A stretch of DNA of 45,225 nucleotides from an uncultured Bifidobacterium sp. (lineage in GTDB: Bacteria; Pseudomonadota; Alphaproteobacteria; SMXS01). Positions 29,733 to 39,654 of the stretch are shown piece after piece (the first letter of the stretch is position 1; each line of letters starts with the position of its first letter). The notes beneath the pieces are model-generated. The model was not told the DNA's origin. It ran no database searches and worked only from the letters and a program-made list of their open reading frames with translations. The stretch lies in the NCBI GenBank assembly GCA_964630425.1, contig CAZVVC010000001.1, positions 1-45,225 on the forward strand. The letters run 5' to 3'. Position numbers and translations under genes: made by a program.

Positions 29733-30344
29733 GTGAAGTGGTTCAACCGCACACGGCTTGTGGCCGCGCTGATCGTTCTGGGCGCCGGCACAATGCTCTT
29801 TCCCCAGGCCGCGCACGTCACCCCGTCTCCTGACGCCTCCTGGGCCAAACAACGCATCACCGCACTGGAAGCGTCGGTCGGTGCGCCATTGCCGTCGTCG
29901 GTGCATGAGCTGGTGGACTTCGCGGGCATTCCGGCCGCCGGCGACCGGCAGCAATACTGCCTGGCGCAGGCCGTCTATTTCGAGGCCCGCGGCGAACCCG
30001 CCGCCGGTCAGGCCGCGGTCGCCCGCGTCATCCTCAACCGTGTCGACGACGACCGCTATCCCAGCACCATCTGCGGCGTCGTGTTCCAGGGCCAGAACGC
30101 GCAGCGGGGCTGCCAGTTCCATTTCGCCTGCGACGGCCTGTCCGACCGGCCGCACGACCGGACCGCATGGGAAACGGCCAACCGCATCGCCTACATGGTG
30201 CGCGAGAACTGGCTGCCCGATCCGGTCGGGAACTCCAAATATTTCCACGCCGTCTCGGTGGGCAAGCCGGACTGGACGCGCAGGATGGTGCAGACCGCCC
30301 ATCTGGGAGGCCACCTGTTCTACGCGGAAAAGCAGGCCGACTGA
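29733..30344 (+). CDS. Cell wall hydrolase, SleB/Hydrolase_2 family
   Basis: Motifs CLAQAVYFEARGE, VILNRV-x4-YPSTICGVVFQ, CQF-x-FACDG and GGHLFY. A signal or anchor segment follows GTG 29733 (start uncertain). Confidence 0.88.
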   Translation: MKWFNRTRLVAALIVLGAGTMLFPQAAHVTPSPDASWAKQRITALEASVGAPLPSSVHELVDFAGIPAAGDRQQYCLAQAVYFEARGEPAAGQAAVARVILNRVDDDRYPSTICGVVFQGQNAQRGCQFHFACDGLSDRPHDRTAWETANRIAYMVRENWLPDPVGNSKYFHAVSVGKPDWTRRMVQTAHLGGHLFYAEKQAD

Positions 30345-30434
30345 ATTTCCTGCGCGGGCGCTGAAAGCTCGCTAGGAACACCCGGTGTTTGGCGTTAGGC
30401 TGCGGCGCCTATCGCGCTGCACCGGACCGCCGCC

Positions 30435-31700
30435 TTGAACATCGCCACCCTGCCCGCGGGCCTCGCCCTGCGCATCCTCGCCGCGTTCGGCTTCGGCTTC
30501 TTCCTGTCCATGTTCTGCCGCTCCAGCGGCAACCTGCTCAAGGGACCCATCCAGCTCGACCTGGGGCTTTCCGAGGCGACCATGGGGCTGACCTTCGGCA
30601 CGGCCTTCTTCATCGCCTTCGGCCTGTCGCAGCTTCCCATCGGCGTGCTCCTCGACCGGTACGACCCGCGCAAGGTCTGCGCCGGCATGCTGCTGGTCGC
30701 CGCCGCCGGAACGCTGGTCTTCGCCATGTCCCATGCCAGCGGCTCGATGGCGGCCGGCCGCGTCATGATGGGCATGGGATTCGCCGTCTGCATGATGGCG
30801 GCGCTGAAGACCTATTCGCTCTGGTTCCCGGTGCACAAGCTGCCGACCATCAACGGCGTGCAGTTCGCCGTGGGCATCCTGGGCTCGATCTCGGCCACCA
30901 AGCCCACCGAATGGCTGCTGGAGGTCACCGACTGGCGGACCATCAATATGGGCATGGCGGCGCTGACGGTGCTGGCCGCCGTCCTGCTGCTGACCGTGGC
31001 GCCGCGCTACGAGGCCAAGCCCTCGGGCGAGAGCCTGGCGAGCCAGATCAAGGGCATCGGCAAGGTCTATGGCGACGGCTATTTCTGGCGCACCACGCCC
31101 TGGGCGTTCATCTCCATCGGCATCTCGCAGGGTGTCGGCACGCTCTATGTGCTGTCGTGGCTGCAAGGCGCCGGCGGGCTGGGCCTGTCGGGCGCCACCA
31201 ACATCCTGTTCGCCATCGCCTTCGTGTCCATCTTCAACTACCTGCTGGTCGGCCATCTCATGGAGTGGCTGGCCAAGCGCGGCTTCGGCGCCATGACGGT
31301 TCCCTATGCGGGCACCTTCCTCAGCATGCTGGTGCTGGCGCTGATCGTCGCCTTTCCGCGCCTGCCGCTGCTGTGGATCGCCTGGGCGCTGTCGATCGGC
31401 TGGGCCAGCCTGACCGTGGCCAGCCTGGCGCGCGCCTATCCGGTGTCGCTGGCGGGCCGCGTCTATACCGGCTTCAACCAGATGAGCTTCCTGATGACCT
31501 CGATCATCCAGTGGGTCGTCGGCAGCCTGCTCGACTACCATCCGCGGGTGGACGGCGAGGTGGCGCTGGAAAGCTACCGGCTTGCCTTCGCCGCCGTGCT
31601 GGGGATACAGGTGCTGGGCTGCCTGTGGACCGTCTCGGCACGGCTCCTGCGCATCGGCGAGCGGACCATGATCGAACGGGAGAAGGACACCCATGTCTGA
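30435..31700 (+). CDS. MFS transporter
   Basis: Motif A QLPIGVLLDRYDPRK and about 12 hydrophobic segments. TTG start uncertain. Confidence 0.88.
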   Translation: MNIATLPAGLALRILAAFGFGFFLSMFCRSSGNLLKGPIQLDLGLSEATMGLTFGTAFFIAFGLSQLPIGVLLDRYDPRKVCAGMLLVAAAGTLVFAMSHASGSMAAGRVMMGMGFAVCMMAALKTYSLWFPVHKLPTINGVQFAVGILGSISATKPTEWLLEVTDWRTINMGMAALTVLAAVLLLTVAPRYEAKPSGESLASQIKGIGKVYGDGYFWRTTPWAFISIGISQGVGTLYVLSWLQGAGGLGLSGATNILFAIAFVSIFNYLLVGHLMEWLAKRGFGAMTVPYAGTFLSMLVLALIVAFPRLPLLWIAWALSIGWASLTVASLARAYPVSLAGRVYTGFNQMSFLMTSIIQWVVGSLLDYHPRVDGEVALESYRLAFAAVLGIQVLGCLWTVSARLLRIGERTMIEREKDTHV

Positions 31701-32754
31701 CCAGGATCTCTTCACCGGCACCCAGCCCGTCGCGCCGGGGCGCGGCTTCGACGCGGACAGGCTGCAGGCCTACATGGAAGAGAAGGTGGCCGGCTTCACC
31801 GGCACGCTCGACGTGCGCGAGTTCAAGGGCGGCCAGTCCAATCCCACCTACAGCCTGACGGCGGGCGGCAAACGCTACGTGATGCGCCGCAAGCCGCCGG
31901 GGCAGCTGCTGAAATCGGCCCATGCCGTCGACCGGGAATACAAGGTGATGTCGGCGCTGAACGGCACCGGCGTCCCCGTGCCGAAAACCTATGCGCTGTG
32001 CACCGACGAGAGCGTGATCGGCACCTGGTTCTACATCATGGACCATGTGGACGGCCGCATCATCTGGGGCAACGACGTGCCGGACTCGACCCCCGAGGAG
32101 CGGGCCGCCATCCACGACTCCATGATCGAGACCTTCGCCCGGCTGCACGCGGTGGACTACCGGGCCGTCGGCCTGTCCGACTACGGCAGGCCCACCGACT
32201 ACATGGCCCGCACGCTGAACCGCTTCATCGGCCAGTACCGGCTGGAGGAGACCACCAAGATCCCGGAGATGGACTGGCTGGCCGAGTGGCTGCCGGAGAA
32301 CATCCCGCCCGAGGAGCCGGCCGCCATCGTGCACGGCGACTACAAGCTGGCCAATCTGGTGCTGCACCCGACCGAGCCGAAGGTGGTCGCCATCCTGGAC
32401 TGGGAGCTGTCGACCATCGGCCAGCCGCTCGCCGACCTGGCCGTCTACGCACTCTATTACCGGCAGGGCAGCGACACGCCGGGCGGCCTCAAGGACCTGC
32501 CGCTGACGGAGATGGGCATCCCCACCGAGGAGGAGATGCTGGCGCTCTACCGCAAATATTCCGGCCGCGACAGCATCCCGCACTGGGAATACTACCTGGC
32601 CGCCATGCTGTTCCGGCACGCGCAGATTTCCCTCGGCATCCTCGCCCGCGCCCAGAAGGGCACGGCCTCGAGCGAGCACGCCATGATGATGGGCAGGCGG
32701 GCGTGGCCCCAATCCAAGGCGGCCTACGACATCGCCAGGAATCTGGCGGGATAG
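31693..32754 (+). CDS. APH-family phosphotransferase (ACAD10/11 kinase-domain-like)
   Basis: Motifs FKGGQSNPTY, LLKSAHAVDREY, VHGDYKLANL and ILDWELSTIG. Confidence 0.92.
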   Translation: MSDQDLFTGTQPVAPGRGFDADRLQAYMEEKVAGFTGTLDVREFKGGQSNPTYSLTAGGKRYVMRRKPPGQLLKSAHAVDREYKVMSALNGTGVPVPKTYALCTDESVIGTWFYIMDHVDGRIIWGNDVPDSTPEERAAIHDSMIETFARLHAVDYRAVGLSDYGRPTDYMARTLNRFIGQYRLEETTKIPEMDWLAEWLPENIPPEEPAAIVHGDYKLANLVLHPTEPKVVAILDWELSTIGQPLADLAVYALYYRQGSDTPGGLKDLPLTEMGIPTEEEMLALYRKYSGRDSIPHWEYYLAAMLFRHAQISLGILARAQKGTASSEHAMMMGRRAWPQSKAAYDIARNLAG

Positions 32755-32772
32755 CTTTCTCGCAAGGGCGTC

Positions 32773-33093
32773 CTACATGAGCGCCGAGAGTCCCTTGCGC
32801 TTGACGACCGAAAGCAGGCGCAAGGCCGGCCCACCCGGCCGCTTCGTGCCGCGCTCCCAATCGGAAACAAGATTCTTCGAGACATTGAGATAGCGTGCGA
32901 ACACCGGCTGGGAGACACGCTCGGCCTCGCGGATCGCACGGATTTCCTCTGGTTTCAGCGGGGGCGCAGGGACCAGACAAGCCTCGTCGAATTCGCGCAT
33001 GGTCCGCTTGTCGATGGAGCCTGCCTCATGCAGTCCCTCCATCATCTCGTGCACGGCGGCAAGCGCCTCGCTCTTATAGGTCTTCGTCGCCAC
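32773..33093 (-). CDS. XRE-HTH protein, HigA-2/YiaG-type antitoxin
   Basis: YKSEALAAVHEMMEGLHEAG-x-IDKRTMREFDEACL...VSQPVFARYLNVS...WERGTKRPGGPALRLL. SD GGAGG precedes GTG. Confidence 0.88.
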   Translation of the reverse strand: MATKTYKSEALAAVHEMMEGLHEAGSIDKRTMREFDEACLVPAPPLKPEEIRAIREAERVSQPVFARYLNVSKNLVSDWERGTKRPGGPALRLLSVVKRKGLSALM

Positions 33094-33124
33094 CTTTCAC
33101 CTCCATCAGCCTGCCGGGCCTCAA
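33074..33124 (-). pseudogene. 16-codon stub of the cognate RelE/HigB-like toxin
   Basis: TTG-initiated (M)RPGRLMEVKGGDEDL*, overlapping the antitoxin start by 20 nt. GxLxEV is a typical C-terminus of toxins that precede this antitoxin type. Confidence 0.5.
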
Positions 33125-33274
33125 GGCTTTCTATCACACATAGTATTACTCTTAAAAGACCGTGTCGACGAGATTGCCCAACCGCGACACCGACAACCGG
33201 GTTGATGGTGAGGACACGAACGAACCGGGCGGACGTGCAATCCAGGCGGAACCTTCATCCGTGCCCTTTTCCCG

Positions 33275-33303
33275 TTAACAGCCGGTAACCGAGGTCCTAT
33301 AGT
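33275..33303 (+). promoter_or_regulatory. Putative sigma70 promoter of the acyl-CoA dehydrogenase operon
   Basis: TTAACA-N17-TATAGT, with SD GGGGAG at 33342-33347. Confidence 0.6.
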
Positions 33304-33353
33304 CTCCCGCGACCGGGCCTTCGGGCCGCCACCGTCCGCAAGGGGAGACGATC

Positions 33354-34628
33354 ATGGATTTCACCATTCCGGCCGACATCCAGGCCAAGCTCGATGCGCT
33401 CGACGCCTTCATCGAGAAGGAGATCAAGCCGCTCGAGAACGAGAACGACAACATCCGTTTCTTCGACCATCGCCGCGAGCATGCGCGCACCGACTGGGAC
33501 AATGACGGCCAGCCCAACGCCGAGTGGGAGGAGCTGCTGCGCGAGATGCGCCGCCGCGCCGACGCGGCCGGCCATTTGCGCTATGCGCTGCCCAAGGAAG
33601 CGGGCGGCGACGGCGGCTCGAACCTGGGTATGGCCATCATCCGCGAGCACCTGGCCAAGAAGGGCCTGGGCCTGCACAACGATTTGCAGAACGAAAGCTC
33701 CATCGTCGGCAATTTCCCCTTCGTGCACATGCTGATGGGCTTCGGCAATCAGGAACAGAAGGAGATGTTCCTGGAGAACACCATCACCGGCAAGGCGCGC
33801 GTCGCCTTCGGCCTGACCGAGCCGAACCACGGTTCGGACGCCACCTGGATGGAGACCACCGCCGTCCGCCAAGGCGACGACTGGGTCATCAACGGCGAGA
33901 AGATGTGGAACACCGGCCTGCATCACGCCACCCACGACATGATCTATGCCCGCACCTCGGGCAAGCCGGGCGACGCCAAGGGCATCACCTGCTTCTTCGT
34001 GCCGACCAACTCGCCGGGCTTCAAGGTCGAGAAGTTCATGTGGACCTTCAACATGCCGACCGACCACGCGCATGTGACGCTGCGCGACGTGAAGGTGCCG
34101 AACTCGGCCATCTTCGGCGAGGAAGGCATGGGCCTCGCGGTGGCGCAGACCTTCCTGCACGAGAACCGCATCCGCCAGGCCGCCTCGGGCGTGGGCGTGG
34201 GCCAGTACTGCATCAACGAATCGGTCGAGTACGCCAACAACCGCATCGTCTTCGGCAAGCCGATCTCGGCCAACCAGGCGATCCAGTGGCCGCTGGCCGA
34301 ACTGCAGACCGAATGCGAGATGGTGCGCTGGCTGGTCCGCAAGACCGCCTGGGAGCTGGACAAGCACAACCACATGGAAGTGTCGGACGCCGTCTCCATG
34401 TGCAACTACCGCGGCAACCGGCTGGCCTGCAACGCGGCCGACCAGGCGATCCAGACCCATGGCGGCATGGGCTATTCGCGCCACAAGCCGTTCGAGCACA
34501 TCTATCGTCACCACCGCCGCTACCGCATCACCGAGGGATCGGAGGAAATCCAGATCCGCAAGGTGGCCGGCTACCTGTTCGGCTTCCAGGGCCCCAAGAA
34601 GCAGGCCCGGCTGAAGGCCGCCGAATAG
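33354..34628 (+). CDS. Acyl-CoA dehydrogenase family protein
   Basis: Motifs FGLTEPNHGSDA, WVINGEKMW, IFGEEG-x-G, QTHGGMGYS and RITEGSEEIQ. Confidence 0.95.
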   Translation: MDFTIPADIQAKLDALDAFIEKEIKPLENENDNIRFFDHRREHARTDWDNDGQPNAEWEELLREMRRRADAAGHLRYALPKEAGGDGGSNLGMAIIREHLAKKGLGLHNDLQNESSIVGNFPFVHMLMGFGNQEQKEMFLENTITGKARVAFGLTEPNHGSDATWMETTAVRQGDDWVINGEKMWNTGLHHATHDMIYARTSGKPGDAKGITCFFVPTNSPGFKVEKFMWTFNMPTDHAHVTLRDVKVPNSAIFGEEGMGLAVAQTFLHENRIRQAASGVGVGQYCINESVEYANNRIVFGKPISANQAIQWPLAELQTECEMVRWLVRKTAWELDKHNHMEVSDAVSMCNYRGNRLACNAADQAIQTHGGMGYSRHKPFEHIYRHHRRYRITEGSEEIQIRKVAGYLFGFQGPKKQARLKAAE

Positions 34629-34641
34629 ACCGGGACGACCC

Positions 34642-36177
34642 ATGCTGCTTTCGCTCGGCCTGCGCCGTACCGCACAGCTTCGCGGCAACCACACGGCGAT
34701 CATCGAACCGGGCAGGCGGCTGAGCTGGGCCGAGGTCGAGGACCGGGTTTCCCGGTTCGCCTCGGCCTTGCGCGCGCTGGGCGTGCGGACCGGCGACCGG
34801 GTGGCGGTGATGGCCGACAACGCCGGCTGGCACATCGAGGCCTATTTCGCCATCCCCTGGGCGGGCGCGGCCATCGCGCCCGTCAACAACCGCTGGGCGC
34901 TGCCCGAGATCGTGGATGGGCTGAACGACTGCGCGCCCCGCGTGATGATCGTCGACGACGCGCATCTCCCGTTTCTCGAGGATGTGCTGAAGGGCGCGCC
35001 GTTCATCGAGACCGTCATCTCGACCGGCGCCGCCACGCCCGCCGGCGCCCACGACCTGGAGACGCTGATCGCGCTCGCCCGGCCCATGCCGCCGGAACCG
35101 GTGGATCACGACCAGCTCGCCGGCATCTTCTACACCGGCGGCACCACCGGCCGGTCGAAGGGCGTGATGCTGAGCCAGCGCAATCTCTACATGCACAGCC
35201 TGATGATGATCGCCGAGGACATGTTCCACGCGGATTCGGTGGGCCTGCACGTGGCGCCCATGTTCCACCTGGCCGACGTGGGCACGGTGATGGGCGCGAC
35301 CATGTCGGGCGGCAGCCATGTGTGCCTGCCCCGCTTCGAGCCCGAGGCGACGCTGAAGGCGATCCAGGACCACGGCGTCACCGAGACCTACCTGGTCTCG
35401 ACCATGCTGCGCGCCGTGCTCGATCATCCGAATTTCGACGATTACGACCTCTCCTCGCTGCGCAGCATGATCTACGGCGCCTCGCCCATCGCCGAGGCGC
35501 TGCTGACCAGGGCGCTGGAGAAGATCCCCAACGCCGGATTCATGCAGCGCTACGGCATGACCGAGACCACCGGCTTCTTCACCCTGCTGAAGCCGCGATA
35601 CCAGGTGGTGGGCGGCGCCAAGCTGCGCTCGGCCGGACAGCCGATCCACGGCATGGACGTGCGCATCGTCGACGAGAGAGGCGACGAGGTGCCGCGCGGC
35701 ACCGTGGGCGAGGTCACGGCGGCCGGCCCGACGGTGATGCTGGGCTACTGGAGGCGCCCCGAGGAAACGGCCCAGGCGCTGCGCGGCGGGCGCATGTACA
35801 CGGGCGACCTGGCGCATATGGACGAGGACGGCTTCGTCTTCGTCGCCGACCGGCTCAAGGACATGATCATCTCGGGCGGCGAGAACGTCTATTCGGGCGA
35901 GGTGGAGAACGCGCTCTACCGGCACCCGGCCGTGCAGCAATGCGCGGTGTTCGGCATCCCCAGCGAGAAATGGGGCGAGGCGGTGCACGCGGTGATCGTG
36001 CCGCGCGCCGGCCACGAGGTGACGCACGAGGCGCTGGACGCCCATTGCCGCGCGCTGATCGCACCCTACAAATGCCCCAAGAGCTATGCGTTCAGCACCG
36101 AGCCGCTGCCGCTGACCGGCGCGGGCAAGGTGCGCAAATACGCGCTGCGCGAGCCTTACTGGAAGGCCGCGGAATAG
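34642..36177 (+). CDS. Long-chain-fatty-acid--CoA ligase-like AMP-binding enzyme
   Basis: Motifs YTGGTTGRSKG, YGMTET, TGD, DRLKDMIISGGENVY and GAGKVRK. Confidence 0.93.
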   Translation: MLLSLGLRRTAQLRGNHTAIIEPGRRLSWAEVEDRVSRFASALRALGVRTGDRVAVMADNAGWHIEAYFAIPWAGAAIAPVNNRWALPEIVDGLNDCAPRVMIVDDAHLPFLEDVLKGAPFIETVISTGAATPAGAHDLETLIALARPMPPEPVDHDQLAGIFYTGGTTGRSKGVMLSQRNLYMHSLMMIAEDMFHADSVGLHVAPMFHLADVGTVMGATMSGGSHVCLPRFEPEATLKAIQDHGVTETYLVSTMLRAVLDHPNFDDYDLSSLRSMIYGASPIAEALLTRALEKIPNAGFMQRYGMTETTGFFTLLKPRYQVVGGAKLRSAGQPIHGMDVRIVDERGDEVPRGTVGEVTAAGPTVMLGYWRRPEETAQALRGGRMYTGDLAHMDEDGFVFVADRLKDMIISGGENVYSGEVENALYRHPAVQQCAVFGIPSEKWGEAVHAVIVPRAGHEVTHEALDAHCRALIAPYKCPKSYAFSTEPLPLTGAGKVRKYALREPYWKAAE

Positions 36178-36184
36178 CTCGCGG

Positions 36185-38620
36185 TCAGAACCGGAAGGCG
36201 GCCTCCACTGAAAGCTGCCGCCCGCGCGACAGGTCAAGCACCCTGTCGTCGCCCTGCGCGCCGAGATAGGGCCTGGGGCTGCTGGCGCCGACGGGCCGGG
36301 CGTTGCCCAGGTTGCGGCCGATGAAGGCAAGCTGCCAGCCGCCCGCCGGGTCGCCAATCGACACGTTCGCGTCGAAGCTCACATAGGATTTCTGGACATA
36401 GTCGTCGAGCGCGGTGTCGCTGGTGAAATAGGCGCCGGAGAACTGCATGTTGCCGGTGAGGCCAAGCTCCAGCGCGTTGCCGAGCGGCACCCGCATGTCC
36501 GCCGCCACGTTGCCCGCCCAGCGCGGCGCGCGGGCCGCCCGGCGGCCTTCGATGTCGCGCCCCGGATGGCTGACCGGATCGGTGACGTAGGGCCTGGTGA
36601 AGCGGGAATCCGTATAGGCCAGCGCGCCGAAGACGCTCAGCCCCTCGACGGACGTCAGCCAGCGGAAATCCATGTCGATGCCCTTCGACGTCAGCTCGCT
36701 GGCGTTCCTGGTGACGTATTGCGCCCGCAGCGGGTCGAAATGCTGCGCCTGGAGATTCCTGAACACATAGTAGTAGGCCGAGGCGTTGAGGGTCAGCGTG
36801 TCATCGAGGAGCCGCGACTTGATGCCGGCCTCGCCGCCGGTCGCGGTTTCGGACTCGAAGGTGAAGACGGCGGTCGTGGCCGCGCGAGTCGCCGGGTCCG
36901 GGCCGAGGAAGCCCCGCAACGTGGCGGACGGCAGCGCCGTGTTGTCGATGCCGCCCGACTTGAAGCCGGTCTTGAACGCCCCGTAGACCATCAGGTCATC
37001 GCGCGCCCGCCACGAGAGGGAAACCTCGGGCGACAGATTGTCGTCCCTGAACGGGATCGGGCCGGAATCGAAGCCGCCGCGCACGAATCCCGGCATCGCC
37101 GCCAGGAAGCCGTGGACATAGGGCACGGTCAGCGCCGTCACCTTCTTCTCCGTGCTCCAGCGCAGGCCGGCGGTCAGGTCCACCCGCTCGCCCAGCGCCA
37201 CGTCCACGCTGCCGAACACGGAAAAGGCGTCCGTGTCGGTGATGTTGCGCTTGTACCAGTCGAAGGTGGCGCCGGTCAGCGGGTCCGGCCCCAGCAGCGA
37301 GATGGCCACGACCTGCTGCGCCGAGGCGAAGGTGATGTGGCGGGTTTCGTAGAACGCGCCGAGCATGAAGTTCACCATGCCGTCCGACGCGCTGGTCAGC
37401 CGCAGCTCCTGCGTCACCTGCTCCAGATCGTGGGCGGGCAGGCCGCCGCCCAGGCCGAAGCCCACGCCCCGGAACAGGCCGCCGAAGCTGTATTGCTCCT
37501 GCTCGCGGCTGGACAGGTCGAAATAGCCGGTGACGGAGGACAGGGTGAGCGCATCGGTCAGGCGCCAGTCGAGCTTCAGCCGGCCGTACCAGATTTCCGA
37601 GCGTCCGAAACCGGCCCCGCCCCTGTTGTCCAGCCCGAGGGGCGCCCTGGCCGCCAGCGGCGGCGCCGCGTCCGGCAGGAAATGCGCCGGCCTGCCGCCC
37701 TCGCCGCGGCAGCCATAGCCCGCCGGCAGGCGCAGGAGGCCGCTGAGCGCCACGATGGGGTCGGCGGCGCCGTTCGCGCCGCAATCCATCACGATGAAGC
37801 GCAGCGGCCCGTCGTTCCCGTGGCGGATATGGTTCAGCTTGAGGTTGGCCGAGACGGCGTCGGACGGATCGAGCTGGAACGTCACCCTGACATTGGCGTT
37901 GCGCTCGCCGCGCACGGAATGGGCCACGCCCGGCGCCGCATTGCGGTAGAGCCGCGATATGTCGTTGAACTGGGCCGCGACGCGCATGCCCAGCGTCCCG
38001 GTCAGCGGGCCGGAGACATAGGCCGACAGCGTATGGCCCCGCTCCTCGAACTCGTAGGCGGCCTTGCCGCCCGCTTCCCATTCGGGCGTGGGATCGGCCG
38101 ACTGGAAGGACAGCACGCCCGCCGAGGCGCTCTTGCCGAAATACAGCGATTGCGGCCCCTTCAGCACCTCGATCTGGCGCATGTCGTTGAAACCGAACTG
38201 CAGCACGCGCATGGAACTGACCACCACGCCGTCGAAGTCCAGCGCCACCGCGGAATCGAAGGCCGCCGACAGGTTGGACGAGCCCACGCCGCGCAAGGTG
38301 ACCTGGCCGCCGGACCCCGGGCCGCCGACCTGCACGCGCAGGGTCGGCACCTGGCTCATCACGTCCTCGGGCTTGTCGTACTGGAAGCGCGCGATCTGCG
38401 CCGCGCCCACGGCGGCGACGGTCGCCGGCACGGTCTGAAGGCTTTCCGCCTGCTTGCGCGCGGTGACGGTGATGGTGTCGGCATCACGGCCGGCGGACGG
38501 CGCGGGCTCCTGCGCCCGTGCCGGCACGCTCCACGGCATGACCATGCCGGCGACAACCACGCCGAACAGGGCGGCCGCGACGCCGCGCCAGAGAAGCTCC
38601 CCCTCGACTCTATCGCTCAA
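36185..38620 (-). CDS. TonB-dependent receptor
   Basis: Signal peptide ending PARAQ, TonB box DTITVTARK, plug motif IEVLKGPQSLYFGK, barrel motif TGFKSGG and a C-terminal Phe. Start uncertain. Confidence 0.92.
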   Translation of the reverse strand: MSDRVEGELLWRGVAAALFGVVVAGMVMPWSVPARAQEPAPSAGRDADTITVTARKQAESLQTVPATVAAVGAAQIARFQYDKPEDVMSQVPTLRVQVGGPGSGGQVTLRGVGSSNLSAAFDSAVALDFDGVVVSSMRVLQFGFNDMRQIEVLKGPQSLYFGKSASAGVLSFQSADPTPEWEAGGKAAYEFEERGHTLSAYVSGPLTGTLGMRVAAQFNDISRLYRNAAPGVAHSVRGERNANVRVTFQLDPSDAVSANLKLNHIRHGNDGPLRFIVMDCGANGAADPIVALSGLLRLPAGYGCRGEGGRPAHFLPDAAPPLAARAPLGLDNRGGAGFGRSEIWYGRLKLDWRLTDALTLSSVTGYFDLSSREQEQYSFGGLFRGVGFGLGGGLPAHDLEQVTQELRLTSASDGMVNFMLGAFYETRHITFASAQQVVAISLLGPDPLTGATFDWYKRNITDTDAFSVFGSVDVALGERVDLTAGLRWSTEKKVTALTVPYVHGFLAAMPGFVRGGFDSGPIPFRDDNLSPEVSLSWRARDDLMVYGAFKTGFKSGGIDNTALPSATLRGFLGPDPATRAATTAVFTFESETATGGEAGIKSRLLDDTLTLNASAYYYVFRNLQAQHFDPLRAQYVTRNASELTSKGIDMDFRWLTSVEGLSVFGALAYTDSRFTRPYVTDPVSHPGRDIEGRRAARAPRWAGNVAADMRVPLGNALELGLTGNMQFSGAYFTSDTALDDYVQKSYVSFDANVSIGDPAGGWQLAFIGRNLGNARPVGASSPRPYLGAQGDDRVLDLSRGRQLSVEAAFRF

Positions 38621-38844
38621 ATCTTTCGCCCAACGTCCTGGTCTTCCGGCGCCTCATCCCTCCATGCGGGCCGGAAGCCATTCCGGTCCAGTGTCTCCGC
38701 TGCGCGGCGGCGCGTAAAGTCCCTGAATGAAGAAGCCTCCGGCGCGGGGGCCGCGTCCCGGCATGCCGCGACCGGCCGGTAACAGTGCGCGTTGCCAAGC
38801 GATCCCCGCGCCGCATAGACTGGCCGCCGAACTGGGGAAACGGG

Positions 38845-39651
38845 ATGCTCGAGCCGGCAGAATTCGTCCACGTCGTCTATGACGTCAGGGACCACGTCGC
38901 GACGGTCACACTGAACCGTCCGGAGATCTACAACGCGCTGAACCACCGCGCCTATGACGAGCTGGAAACCTCGTTCCTGCTCGCCCATGACGACCCGGAG
39001 GTGCGCGTGGTCGTCCTGACCGGCGCCGATCCGGGCTTCTGCTCGGGCGACGACGTGCGCGCGATCATGGCCGGCAGCGAGCGCGAGGGCAGCGTGCACC
39101 GCCTGACGCGGGTGAAGCCCGTGCCGACTCCCGCCGCCACCGCCATCATGGATTGCGGCAAGCCGATCATCGCCGCGGTCAACGGCGCGGCGATGGGCTG
39201 GGGCATGGACCTGTCGCTGATGGCCGACATCCGCATCGCCTCGGACAGGGCGAAATTCGCCGAGCTGTTCGTCAAGCGCGGCCTGATCACCGACCTGGGC
39301 GGGCTGACCCGGCTGCCGCTGATCGTCGGCGTGCAGAAGGCGGCCGAGCTGCTGTTCACCGGCGACGTGATCGACGCCGCCGAGGCCGAGCGCATCGGCC
39401 TGGTGCTGAAGACGGTGCCGCACGACGAGCTGATGCCGGCGGCCCATGCGATGGCCGCGAAGATCGCCGCCAACCCGCCGCTCGCCGTGCAGCACCTGAA
39501 GGAGGGTCTGCGCAAGACCACCTATGGCGAGCACCGCGAGATCGGCAGCTGGATCGCCCACATCCTGGGCGTGCTGTTCCAGACCGAGGATCACAAGGAA
39601 GGCGTCGCCAGCTTCCTCGAGAAGCGCCCCGCCCGATTCACAGGACGCTGA
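38845..39651 (+). CDS. Enoyl-CoA hydratase/isomerase (crotonase) family protein
   Basis: Motifs TLNRPE-x2-NAL, FCSGDD, IAAVNGAAMGWGMDLSLMADIRIAS and EGVASFLEKR. ATG 38845 follows GGGGAA. Confidence 0.93.
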   Translation: MLEPAEFVHVVYDVRDHVATVTLNRPEIYNALNHRAYDELETSFLLAHDDPEVRVVVLTGADPGFCSGDDVRAIMAGSEREGSVHRLTRVKPVPTPAATAIMDCGKPIIAAVNGAAMGWGMDLSLMADIRIASDRAKFAELFVKRGLITDLGGLTRLPLIVGVQKAAELLFTGDVIDAAEAERIGLVLKTVPHDELMPAAHAMAAKIAANPPLAVQHLKEGLRKTTYGEHREIGSWIAHILGVLFQTEDHKEGVASFLEKRPARFTGR

Positions 39652-39654
39652 GAC

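Noticed and set aside
33275-33290. CtrA-like site TTAACAGCCGGTAAC
   Set aside because: The spacing is 6 rather than 7 and the second half-site is imperfect. It is better explained as a -35 element.
33302-33349. GTCTCCC/GGGAGAC stem that would hide the acyl-CoA dehydrogenase SD
   Set aside because: The 5' arm overlaps the predicted -10 (TATAGT, 33298-33303) and would lie upstream of the TSS. No co-oriented read-through source is adjacent.
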